Positions 10,988-22,988 of a stretch of DNA of 64,000 nt are shown one piece after another. The position numbers and the translations under genes were made by a program. The stretch is taken from positions 8,906,390-8,970,389 of the forward strand of contig CM082580.2 of assembly GCA_040954595.2 (NCBI GenBank), read 5' to 3'. Within the stretch, counting starts at the first letter, position 1. Each line of letters starts with the position of its first letter. This stretch comes from Balanoglossus misakiensis. Taxonomy: Eukaryota > Animalia > Hemichordata. The notes beneath the pieces are model-generated. The model was not told the DNA's origin, did not search any database, and saw nothing but the letters and a program-made list of their open reading frames with translations.

Positions 10988-13900
10988 ATGGTCAGATATT
11001 TGCTGGTCGTCAGCTGTCCCGTTAGTGGGTGCCCGCAACAGTAAGTGTGGAGACGTTTTTTCGTGCGAAAATTCTGCATTCTATTGCTTCACAGCGAACG
11101 GACATTGCGGTATCGGATAGCCCAGCGTCGTTAACAACGCCGTTGAAAACAAAACTTCAGTGGCCATGAAATCTCACAGAGTAAATCGAAAACTAATATA
11201 TCTTAAGTGAACAGCTGACTGAGGAATTATTCATATTAGCCAGCTCCTATTTAATAATTCATAAAGGTGGGCGATATTCATCGTGAATGTTTTTGACGTA
11301 ATGTCTGGAATTTGCTGCGTCATCAACGCAGAGACGCAGAATTCTGTGTCATTACAACCTATATGCCGAGGAAGGAAAATCACCACATTTTCATGTTTTT
11401 CTTTCTTTCTAGCATTCCTCTTGTTATGAATAGTGTAACACCCCATTATCTGTTATTAGATGACTATGTGCGAGTTTCAATTAATTAATTAATTACATCA
11501 TAGCAAATACTTATAAACTTGCAATTACTCTCAAGTAGCTAATGGCGAAGTAGTTCTACCGTCATTAACACAAAGCTGGTATCATGCAGTGTGACCAGAT
11601 ACGAGTAATTTACAGTACAAAGCAAAATAACAAGAACGGCGTTAAATATGAAGAATTCTTTACATGTACTTTCAGGGACAAAGTGTTGGCGTGGCAATGT
11701 GTCCACGACGGCGGCGCCATTTTCATCGACGAGCACGGCTACCTGTCGTGCCAGCGCTACGCGCACGTCGCGCACGTCAACAACTGGAAGTTTGAGTGCG
11801 GCGAGGCGCGCGGCCCCCACAAACTGCTGAAGCGGCTCGGCACGGACTTCGAAGGTTTCAGCCGAGCCGTGATCCAGGGACAGCCCTACCTTGCCGCAGA
11901 AGCTGGCACGCTTTGGATGAAGAAACTGATCGAGTCCCTGGAGATACAGTTTGGGTATGTGCGAATGATGAGGTACCATGACAACTTTCTCAAACCTTTC
12001 TCTCCCCAACCATCCTTTCCAAACGCCACTGCTTTTCCCTCTAACATTGCAGTGCAGAATTCTCAAATGATGTAGTTACCCTTTAAAGGGGAATGGTGTA
12101 TTTACGTCAATATAAATGTGTAAACGTATATGTTTACATATTTGTATTTTGAACTACATCTTTCCTACTTATATACAAACGTTAATGTCGCGAAACATTT
12201 CTTCGCGAATTTGATGAAAAAATCGTTCAGATGATAGTGTAGCTGATGAAATTCGTCATTGAAACCGCTTTCTCGTGTAAAGCAAACAAATAATGCTGTA
12301 TCAGTGTAAATGCTCCTGTTTCCTTCCCTTTGTTCGAAGTAACCCAAACTCTATGCAATTCTGAAATCCTCGAGCTCAGAGACATGGGAGCGGGGCGCCT
12401 GCGCCAATGATTGCAGTTCGATTACAACCACCTGCCGAGAGGCGTGTTTCTGTAAACTATAGTGTAAGGATATTTGAAATACGCCAAGTGTATTTTCTCG
12501 TGTTGAACATACACGGCACGTTTTTTTGTTTCGGTGTTTTTTCAAGCACCTGATATGTTTTTATAACGCGCCGGGCAGTGACAATCGGTCGAGTCGTTTA
12601 CCTGTGGCAGTGAGAAACTGAACCGTGGCATGGTTACCATGACCACCACTCTACTTGAATGTCACATGACTACTCTGGTTGAAAGAACGCGCGCGCATGT
12701 CGCCCATGGAAAATTAGGTACAGTTACCATGGCAAATTGAGATCTAGCCAATCACTATGGAAGTCAAATAATGACATTTAAAAAGCCATGACGAGCTCTG
12801 ACATTTTACCGTCTGCTTCTGTGCAGCATGAGCGGACCCGAAAGTCCGCGTCGCAGCAGAAGCCCCGGAAGATTGAAAGCCAGGGCCGTCGTCAAGAAAA
12901 TTCAGTCGCCAAGGAGGGGATTCGCCGGGCAACACCTGTTCTACGTCACGTGTCCACTCTCCACTTGCCTTGGAAGGTAGGCGCGGTTTTCACTTGACGT
13001 TTACGTCAGCTATGGTCGGTCCTGTCTATTGGAGATGGTGGTTCATGAACAATTACATATATGTACCTGAAAAGTTTTTATACTTTACGTTTCAAGAATT
13101 GGTCGACTGAGAGCGAATAAAAGATGATATGTTTTGTCGAATGTATCTCCGCATTCTTTCACCTGTGCACAATTTAAAGCAAGTTGTTTTTTACTGTACA
13201 CTTTCTGATTCTTGACTGCACCCTTCAGAAATCGTTTGTATCACTGGGAATGCGTGGAGGACCAGTCTCCCCTCTACATCGACGACGATGGATGGCTGAC
13301 GTGTGAGACGTTTAACCACCGCGCCAAGCTGCGTCAGTGGACCTTCGACTGTGGAGACCGCAGGGGAAGCCACGGCTACCGGAAGTTCATCGAGTGCGAC
13401 TTCCCGGGAATCAAGCAGGCGCTGTCGCAGGGCATCCGCCATTTTGATTCCCCGGAGGAGTGGATCTGGCCGGTTGTGGATAGCATTGCTGAACAGTTTG
13501 GACAAAGGTATTTCGTGGTTGCGCGTATTTCGTGGAAAATTGAAGCACGCGAACATTCATCTTTTATTCCCAGAAATTACGGAAGATGACAGGCACCGAA
13601 AGGGAGTGATTTTCAGAAAATATGACAGTCCTCTAAAATATTTTTCCTGTATTAAAACGAGGACCTTTCTTGATTTCTAGGTTTGTTGAAGAAAAGTGTG
13701 AAGCTCGAGTTCGACGGAAAAGTGAAGTTGAGAATTTACTCACGAGTAAGTACAAATGCACTTGGAAGCCAGGCAGCCATCTTGTACCGGGCGCAAAATA
13801 ATAAATGTTCAAGGAGTTTCTTTGTTTGAAAAATACTCCCAGGACAATATAAATAGTATACTTGCTGAGTTTTGGTCCGATTATCGTCTTTTTTTCTTTA

Positions 13901-14772
13901 CTACCAGCTTTGGGAAATGCGTGCATTCGCAGTTCGACCGATACAGGCATACAAGCCGACGTGGAGTTGCACGACAGGGAAGAACATCTCCAGGTCATAG
14001 AGGAAAATTACGAACGAGAGAAAGACGAGGAGAAGGAGGGCGGGAAAGGGTCCGAACAAGCCAAGGAGACGCCGGACAACGCGGCGAAGCCTGCAGGGGC
14101 CAGGGAAGCGAAGCCGTCAGCAGACGCCAGTCACACGCGGTCGTCGACGGCTCGGACGGAGAAACTTGAAGATACGATATCCCGCTACCTTGATAGACCC
14201 TATGTTAAGCGGATGCCGGACTACCAGGCCGAGAGGGAGAATGTCTTCACGGCAAATACGACTGTACAATCGGACAGTGAGTTTCTTCAGTCGGTTTTTT
14301 TTACTAAACCAGTTTTTTTTTTTTAGACAACAGTCAATTTTCTTTGACTGTACAATGAAAGGGTATATATAAACCTGAACTACCCTCACACCACACCTCT
14401 ATTTCTATCCCCCCCCACGCAGGTAATCGTTTACGACAGATATTTGTGATCCTGCAGAAGGGGATGGCCAAGAATTGGAGGTCGGTTCTCCGCTGCCTGC
14501 CCTGGCCGCCCCACTTCGACGACAGCCGCCTGGAGCAGGAGATGGGCGCCATCGTCCGGCGGAACTCCGACGACGCCAGGGAGCAGGCGTACCAGGGCCT
14601 TCTGCTGTGGCGGAACTGCTACCCGCGGGCGTCCGAACAGAAGCTGCTGGCCGCGCTGAAGAACTGCGAACTGGACTCGCTGGTGGACGAGATCCAGAAG
14701 CTGGACAAGGAGAACTTCGGCGGCGACCACCCGGCGAGGAGGGCGCCCTCACAGGTGTTCAGTTTGATGTGA
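10988..14772 (+). CDS. DD gene 1: two tandem Cys/His-rich putative Zn-binding domains + charged linker + C-terminal death domain (~514 aa, 7 exons)
   Basis: Exons 10988-11040, 11676-11954, 12827-12976, 13229-13507, 13681-13745, 13908-14276 and 14423-14772, all GT-AG and phase-compatible (1545 nt). Repeat consensus CPxxxC..WxCxxD..IDxxGxLxCxxxxH..WxFxCGxxxxxH. The last exon encodes a six-helix DD-like pattern (KNWRSVLRCL..EQAYQGLLLWR..ASEQKLLAALKNCELDSLVDEI). Confidence 0.8.
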
Positions 14773-16060
14773 TGTTGAGGCAAGGATCTCAGTATTGTTG
14801 CCAAGATGATAGACGCCACTGACAAAGATTATAAATGAACATAACCTTTTTACCATGCATGGCAGTTGACATTATTAATCTTACACATCGTATAACCGGG
14901 AAAATTGTTTTCATTTCATATTAATTGACCAGAAATGACAATATGGGAAATTAGTTTCCGCTTGGTTCCAAATGTCAACACAATTACAATATTTACGATG
15001 GTCATTTATCAGTTCGATGACAGTCGTGCGTTGACTTCAAACCGTGTATTTCTAGTTTTTTTCCGTATCTAAACCCATTTTACGGACGGTGTCACGCGAC
15101 AAGCACGTGACACCACACTGACTTTGAATGTATTGGCATTTGATGATAAGGCTAATTATTGTCTTGGTCGTAACGCCAGATTCAATCCATATGATTCCTA
15201 GTGTCTCCTTGCCGAGTTTTTGTGCCGTTATCCGTCTGTTTGGTTATCATGGATCATATACTTTGCATGTAGGACTTCCGCACATTTGTGTCCTTTGCAC
15301 TTTTGAGCGTATGCGCAGGATAAGAACATTTCTCTGAGTGGCTTTTTGGTATATTTTAGTTATTGGTATATTTACATAACAGTTCTTAAGATACAAAATA
15401 TGTTAACGATGGCACTTTGCCCCGCCGTCGAGAGCGCGTCTGTGCGCATGGTCTTTGCACAGTCAGCTTTTCACTATTTGTAAATACATTTCAGGTTGAC
15501 ATAATAAACTCACTTGCAATAAAAATACGTTTCTTGGTTAAAATGTCCTTGATAAGAAAGATCACAAGTAATACGGATTTATAAGACTAGTCCTTCGCAA
15601 AAACCTCATCGCCGTATAAAATGGCCACGGGATATTTTTGTAAACACGCATAGAAAATTATACAAATAAGTATTTTCACAGTCTGATTTATATTTAGAGT
15701 CTCAGAACTCAAAGACTTTGTCGCAAAGCGTACCATAATTGTGATTAGCATCACCTATGTATTACAGGTGATACGCCATTCTGTGGATAATTTGGCTCAG
15801 GAGTTATGAAATGACATCAAAGCTGGTGGAATAATTATTCTGCCAAAGTAGTGTCACCTTGAACATGACTGTGGTATTATAATAATAATGTGACGTATAC
15901 TAGTACATGTAATATCCATGGCTAACAATGAATGTTACAATGACAGGGTTTCATCGCTGACAAATGTCAACTGTCAAATGTTGGTTGTACGCATGGCTGA
16001 TATGTGCAGGGAAGCGTTCGGTATAATACAATGTAAATTTTGAAAAAAGAAATACTTTTT

Positions 16061-19000
16061 TTATGAACCTTTCGTCTTTCTTGCCACCGTCTCTGCAATC
16101 CTCACCAACTTGCACTCCACCAACGTGTCAATCAGGTAGGCCTTGGTCGCCATCTCCCCGGCAACGACCTCCCATCTCTTCAGCGCCCTGTAAGCCTGTT
16201 CCTTCAGACTGCGCGTGCTCTTGCGGATTTCGCCTATCTCCCTTTCCACGTGATGCACGCTGAAACCCTTCGGCCACGGCAGTTTACGGAAAATGTTCGG
16301 CCACTCTCGGCCAATCGGTGGGGACTCCTTGAGGTACTGGAACGTGGACTCCAGGACTGTTGGATGTGGTACAGGAATACACAAAACTTAAACTAATTAC
16401 CGCGCCCAGACTTACAACACAATAACTTCAGTCCACATACAAAGGAAGCATGTGCTTAGTCATTTGTCTCCAGACTGTAAGGAATTTGCCTCTCGGGAAA
16501 TATCGAATGCTGCATAAAGTAATTCGAATTAATAAGACAAACAAATGAACTAAACGAACCCATTTATCAATCTAATGAAACTAAGTACCTACCACGTGAT
16601 TTGAGTGACAATGACATCATCATGTTGTCGCCAATTTCAGGGAGTATGGGGGTGAGGCTACCTCGGCCTGCTGGCGTGGGGCTGAGGTAGGGACTTCGTG
16701 ACAGAGGGTGTGACACCTCAGTGCCCGGGGAGAGCGACCTCACTACAATGAAAAAGGGGAAAATTATATGAAGATGGATGTAATGTGTCTGCGAAAAAAT
16801 AAGACCAGCTTGCCATGTTGTCATGTTTGCAATTTGGAAATATACGCGAATTTGTTTTTGGGTATATTGGCGCTGAGAAGGAACTTTGCGAAATTATCGA
16901 ACATTTTCTAGATGTTCATTTTAGTTCACAGTGAAATTCAAGCCCGTTTCAGAATAATTTGGACGTGGTGTAAGTACAGTAGTAAGTGTCGAACAGCCAA
17001 TCAATGTCGCCTCGTTGAAATTGTCCCTGTATAGAGTTGAGGTTAATTTGATTCCCATCTGCAGCGGCCGAAACCTATCAAACATTCACACAAAGGTTAA
17101 CGAGTGATATATTGACGTCAACATTGTTAGTTTCTTTGGGTGAGAGCCCTTCTTGACGAACAAAGGCAACGCGACTGGCGTGAACGTCTTTTTGTGCCAA
17201 CGTTCACGGATGTCATTTACTGTCAGCAAAGTGCATACGAACCGAAACGCGAAAATTGCCGTGTCCTTTGTTGGAGTTCTGGCGCGCCAGCTGTAGACAA
17301 CCCTGTCTTTGACGATTCCAAAAAGGAACTGAGGGTAGCGAGAAATAGGGCGTGGGTGAAATAAAAGGTAATATCCGTGCAAGATCTTGAAGTCGCTCAG
17401 TTCAGCCAGATCATGCAGTTTGTTACAGTTGATTAATACGTCAACTTCCAAAATTGGACATGTCATTTTACTTTCAATAAATCAGTGCGCTTTCCGTTCT
17501 ATTTCCCCCGTACAATTGTACGAGTGTCCCGGCAATTAGGAAGCATCGAACTAATTTAACGCGGAGAAATGATTTAGAGCGATAATGGGCGGTGTTGATG
17601 TTGTGTTCGTTTCCATGGCGACGGTGCGAGTGAGCGAGCTCGCCGGCGATGTGATAAATTGGGTAATAAGCACGACTGCTCACGGAAGAGCGTTGGTGGG
17701 TCGACAGACCGGGTAGCGCGACGAAGTGTGAATGTTTTCTGTTTTTGCGCGTTAGCTGTCGGAGAAATATCACAACATGGAGGAATGGAAGATGCCATCG
17801 ACTTCTTCTACGCATGTCCGAAAATGCACCAGAAAATCCCTTATGGAAAGGGCACATCCAAACGAACAGTAAACATGTACCACGTCACGATGTCTATAAA
17901 AGTTCTCGGAATAACGGCGGGCAGTGTTGGCTGTTCGCAAGTGCCCTTTTATTTACGCGTTTACGGCGGAAAAAGGGGGTTCTAAAAGAATAAAATCGAC
18001 CATCCCTATTTTACGGGAGCATTTTGAAATGTTATTGCGTGAGACGTTATTCATTGTCATATACCGAGACATTTGATCGTGATGATGATGTCTTTACACG
18101 GGGCAACCCATCCTGGCGATGAATACATTGTTCAGCCTATAAAATCTAACACGAATACAATATTCAAACCATAAAATCTGACATACTATTGGCTAATGTG
18201 TTTGTTGTCGTGGTACATCGGTTAATGGCGCTCTAAGCTGGACGTGTACACATGTCAACCCCGCCCTGATCAATACCTTGTTTGAGCACGTTCAAATAAA
18301 ATCTCGAAATAAGGTACAACACACAACGTCCCAGATGCGAGTGTTTGTCGACCGTTTCAATTTGAAATTGCGAGTTTCTGTAAGATTACACCCATACCAC
18401 CGGATCAACTCAATTTCCCTATGAACATTTACTCACTTGATGTAAAAGTAGCCCTATTATATTATGACAATTACCTTCAGCGTTGTAACTACCCAAACTT
18501 TCCATCAACGACTCGGCACCAAAAACCTGGCGGACCAAATCGACCTTTCGGAGCATTATTACGTCCAAGGCTTCCACCTTCCCGTCCAAGCGATGCAAGT
18601 CCGTCTGGATTTCTTTGACGCGTTTCTGAAGCTCCTTCCTCCGGAGTTCCAGTCCCGTCAGCCGCCGGTACTTGAACTCCAGGCAGTCCCTCTCCTGTCT
18701 CTTCTGTGCCAGCTGCTTTCTGACCCTCTCCAGTCTGAAGCCCAGCGAGACGATGGTGTTCTCCAACTCGCTGGCCTTCCTGGCCAGCTTAGTGATTTCC
18801 TTGCCCAGGTTGCTCATGGCTATGGCGTCTTCCACGGCGTCGCTGGTGCCGGCCGACTCCATGTCGTGGTCCAGTTTCACCCTCTTCACCTTGCACGACT
18901 CCAGCTCCAGGTCGGATCGGTTGATCTCCTCCGTCAGCGAGTTCTTATCGTCCTCCAGGTGCTTGATCTCCGCGTTCAGGAACTCCAGCCTCTGCCCGAG

Positions 19001-19837
19001 GCTCTTCACGTTCTCGGGCACCCGCAGCCTGACCAGCTCGCGCTGCTTCGTGACCACGTCGCGCCGGAGGACCAGCCTCTCGTGGCGCACGGCGTCCCGG
19101 TCCTGGCACAGCAGGTCCATGTAGTTCTCGTCCCCGTCCAGCCACTGCTTCACGTCCCCGAAGGCGTCCGCGAGTTTGTCGAACAGCGACGCGAAGAAGT
19201 CGAGCACCGGCCGAAACAGGTCCTCGCGCGAGGAGGTGACCCCCGGCGGCGCGATGGCCGGATGCTTCGAAGAGCCCGCATCCTGGTCTTGCTGGAGAAT
19301 ACATCCGGATATGCCCTTGCATTTCACCGGCAGCGAAAACCTGAGATTTTTCAGTTTTTCAAGCAATTCCCTCGTCTGGGCTTTCTGGTCGAATTCCTCG
19401 TAGCCCCTCAGATACGCGTTTAAAGCTTTGCATATGTCGACAAGTTTATCCCAAACGACTTGCAGGTCCCTGATGATTTCCTGACAGAGTGTGTAGAAAC
19501 GTTTCACCTCGGCCCGGGCTACTTTGTCCTCGCCTCTCAACTGTCGGAGCTCAAGTGTCGTCAGCAACTCTTCTAAAGTTCTCACGGAACCGACCAAAGG
19601 GAAGCGTCGTTTTATACTCTCCTTAGTGTAAATCCTTGTGAAAGCCTTGACCAGAGTCTCGGAGTGCAAATTATTGTCGAACTTCTCCTGCGATTTCTTC
19701 GCTTCTTCCTGGCATTCGACGAGGATTTTGTGCATTTCCGATCGGACATTCTGCAGATGGAGCTGATCGCCCCTCGTCACGGCCCTGGAATAGGTCGGCA
19801 GGCGGTGGCTCCGTCTCGGGGAAAGGTACGCGGCCAT
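16061..19837 (-). CDS. DD gene 2: long coiled-coil protein with Ser/Pro linker and C-terminal death domain (~602 aa, at least 3 exons)
   Basis: Exons 19837-18475, 16742-16593 and 16356-16061, joined by phase-1 GT-AG introns (1809 nt). Exon 1 is heptad-rich in L/E/K/R. The last exon is DD-like (GREWPNIFRKL..EQAYRALKRW..ATKAYLIDTLVECKLVRIAETV). Confidence 0.8.
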
Positions 19838-20449
19838 TTCTTGAAGCTCAGGATAGTTCCGTGTGTTAAATGTCAACACACATTGTTACCGACTGACAAC
19901 AGGTAGTTGTGTGCGCAGCAACACCTGGGACGGGTGTCGCCTGTCTGTTTTGTCTATCCCCGCGAAGTCCCGAATATCTCTGCCTTCTCCACGGTTATGA
20001 AACGACGGGTTAATATGACGCGTTTCTTCACCCCAGGTCTCCCCGTCTCGAGATCAACACCACGGTGTGACGACGTTGCTGAATGCACCCAAGAGAGAGA
20101 GAGTATACGCACAAAGGTGGGATGGGCATTCGATTGGTTCACTCAGATCGCGTTCTGAATCCACACAAACGCAGTGACCCCAACGACCCCTCATAGCATC
20201 TCATTCAATAGTTACGCGCATCGCAAGACGTCATAAAAAAGGAAAACGTTATTGACTACTTTGGTCCTTTGTTTGCTATCACAATAACCGGCCGCTATAA
20301 AATAACCGTGCCTTTGAAAGGCCCGTGGAAAATAAACATGGTCGTCAAATACCGTATCTGCAGTAACGAGTCTCGGTCGTTGACACATGCGCAGTAAGTT
20401 GACTCCGTGGCCATCGCAGTCCTCAAAACAATGGATCTTCAATCACGCT

Positions 20450-20462
20450 GTTGCTTAGCAAC
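20450..20462. promoter_or_regulatory. RFX X-box-like palindrome upstream of DD gene 2
   Basis: GTTGCTTAGCAAC has two perfect inverted half-sites and lies about 610 bp upstream of the ATG at 19837. Confidence 0.45.
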
Positions 20463-22066
20463 CGATTTTGAAGTCAATTGACAGCAAATTGTTTTCAACA
20501 AACGATACTAAAGATAAAGGAGGCGGGTAAGGGGAGGTGTCTCAAAGATATTTCAGAGTCATTGACCTTTGACGTGACAATCACCTTCAAGTTGAACTGG
20601 TTATGGCTATGCTCAAAGACATAATGTATTTGATATAAAGTATCATTACGGATGGTTTTGCTGTGACGTCACTTGAACTAAACATAACATTATATACTTC
20701 CCGTCTTTGACCTTTTTCCCTCAACGACTGGATCAGTAACCGACCCATCACCAAAGTAAAAAAGAATGGTTTTCTTTCTTGATATCTTCGGATGTTGACA
20801 TGAAACGTGACGTTTTAAAGAACTATTCGCAAACTGATGATTGCACGCCTTTGGCCAAACGTTGCAAATTGTAATCCATTTCACACTCTAGGCTATATTT
20901 CAGTTGGAAGCAGCAACTTTAGTAGGCTACAGCACTTATTGGCCTACTTGGGGAGGGAGAGAGCGAGTTACATTAAAATCTTGCAATTGTTCGTCTCTCA
21001 AACATCTGCTTTCGTATGTCTGTCATGGGTCGGTGCGCCTATTGTTAATATCAAGGTCTCTTATTTCCTTTGTTGTAGTAGGGTGGACATGACAACCCTA
21101 CATCCTGATCAACTTGGCAACAGCAAGTATGCATAGATAAGTTTTCAAACATGCACACACATTTCATCAACGGAGAACTAAAATGAGAAATGTTTGAGCG
21201 AACATTCGATGATCTTAATTATTAACATATGAACAAACTCTAAAGCATTAGGCTACCACAAAACAGCCATGACATTACTGGGTAGATAGTCTTTGAAGGT
21301 AAATTGATGAACGCCCTCAACGCTGACGAGGATATGACTTTGTTTTTCGACACCCCTTACATGTCTTCCAGAACTTGTTAGGATACTGTCACAGTGACAG
21401 AAGTCAAATTTATCGTCCAAAGTTTTTTTTTTTTTAAAAAAGAAACACAAAAGGCCTAAGTAATGGTTATTTTTTATATTAAATCCAATATTCTAGAAAA
21501 TAAAATCATTACAATATGGGCGAACTGGGCCCCACATTACCAGTACATTACATAGGTTTGGACAACTGGTTGCCTGTATTTCCCCAATAAGAGTGTTGAC
21601 CTTATATTCGCACTGATGATTCAGAACAGTTTTTCACAATATGTCTATTTGAGAAAAGTGTAATTATAAGTATCAAACTGAAAGCATTCTAAAAATAAGC
21701 ATGAGTGATTGTGAAATACTTTGTTCAAGACCACTATTCATTAAATATTAAAAGATCCAAATGTTTTAAACATTTGAATTTTGTAATGCAGCAATGTAAA
21801 AATGTACTCTCTTATTTAATTGTGTCATGACAGAGTGGTCATGCACGTTCATGTGAATTACGCAAATTTCTGAGATCAGAGGCTTTAGTAGCAGAGAAGA
21901 GTGATGTTCAGATTTCCCATTCATAGTCTGCAGAACTGCAAGTGTTTATCCCAGCAATATCAGCCGGTCACATGTTTTCTGGTGCAGCAGCATGTAAAGT
22001 GCTGGTCACCATCCTTGTATGCACCAGACTTTGCATGACAAAGATGAAAAAAAAACAACCCACTTC

Positions 22067-22894
22067 TTACATGTCCATCTTGGCAACGCCTTCAGCAACA
22101 GCGGTCAGATCACAATCCTTCAACGCTGCCACCAGATTACCGATGCTGGTATCGCTGCACTTGCCTGCCCACAGACGTAGTCCCTGGTAACACTGTTCCT
22201 TCAAGTCTCCCGGATCCCGGTTTGAAATGGCGTCAATCTCGTTTTCCAATTCCATATCGGATATAGGCCAGCGTAAATGACGGAGTATTCTCTTCCATTC
22301 CTTGGCGCAGTGTTTTTGTACGTACAGAAAGACTTCTCTGTAACCTGCACGGGAAATCAACGGTAACATAAGATCCCCTTTTACTTATCTTCAAACATTA
22401 ATGATACATCATGTACTCAGTAATGGCTTTCAACACACAACTTGGACAAAGCCAATCTCTATGATCCAATGAAATTATTTGGTGTAAAATGCTCTCCACA
22501 GCATAGTCATCCCTGATTGGTCACTGGGCAGATGTTAATCCTATGACAGCCAATGAAAATTTATCTGTTCATGATAAGAATTCAGATTGAAATGTCCATA
22601 CGGTACTGTTGAACCTAATATATTATAGAAAATGGAATACATGTACATGTAGTAGCAAATACCAGTTAATGCAGTTTACTCACTTTTCTGCGACTTACTA
22701 CAGTCAGCACTGTCTTCCCCAGGATTACTCAGTGGCTTTGCCAAGCCATGGAAGGTAACATTGCTGTTTGCTCCTGTCGCAACCACAAAGTTGCCAGTAC
22801 CCTGGACACTCACTAATGACTGAGTTTGATCCTTGGCGAGTTGAACCGACGAAGGAGTATCTTCTTTATGGACTTTAACTGCTCCTGATGCCAT
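22067..22894 (-). CDS. DD gene 3: small adaptor with N-terminal RHIM-like segment and C-terminal death domain (~162 aa, 2 coding exons)
   Basis: Exons 22894-22684 and 22344-22067 joined by a phase-1 GT-AG intron. The ATG follows an acceptor (..ttcctggttacag|aagATG). DD-like C-terminus: AKEWKRILRHL..EIDAI..DLKEQCYQGLRLW..SIGNLVAALKDCDLTAVAEGV. An additional upstream coding exon cannot be excluded. Confidence 0.8.
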
Positions 22895-22988
22895 CTTCTG
22901 TAACCAGGAAAGAAAGCACTCTTCTACGGTATTTCTGTGGGTTCTACAGAAAGAAAAATAAATGATAAGGAAATACATGTACCTACTT

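Noticed and set aside
17086-17993. Several 75-127-aa ORFs in intron 1 of DD gene 2
   Set aside because: No domain similarity or consistent splice structure could be found by eye, so they are treated as non-coding.
18464-19423. 319-aa antisense ORF inside DD gene 2 exon 1
   Set aside because: Antisense mirror of a GC3-rich coiled-coil exon, with no independent motifs.
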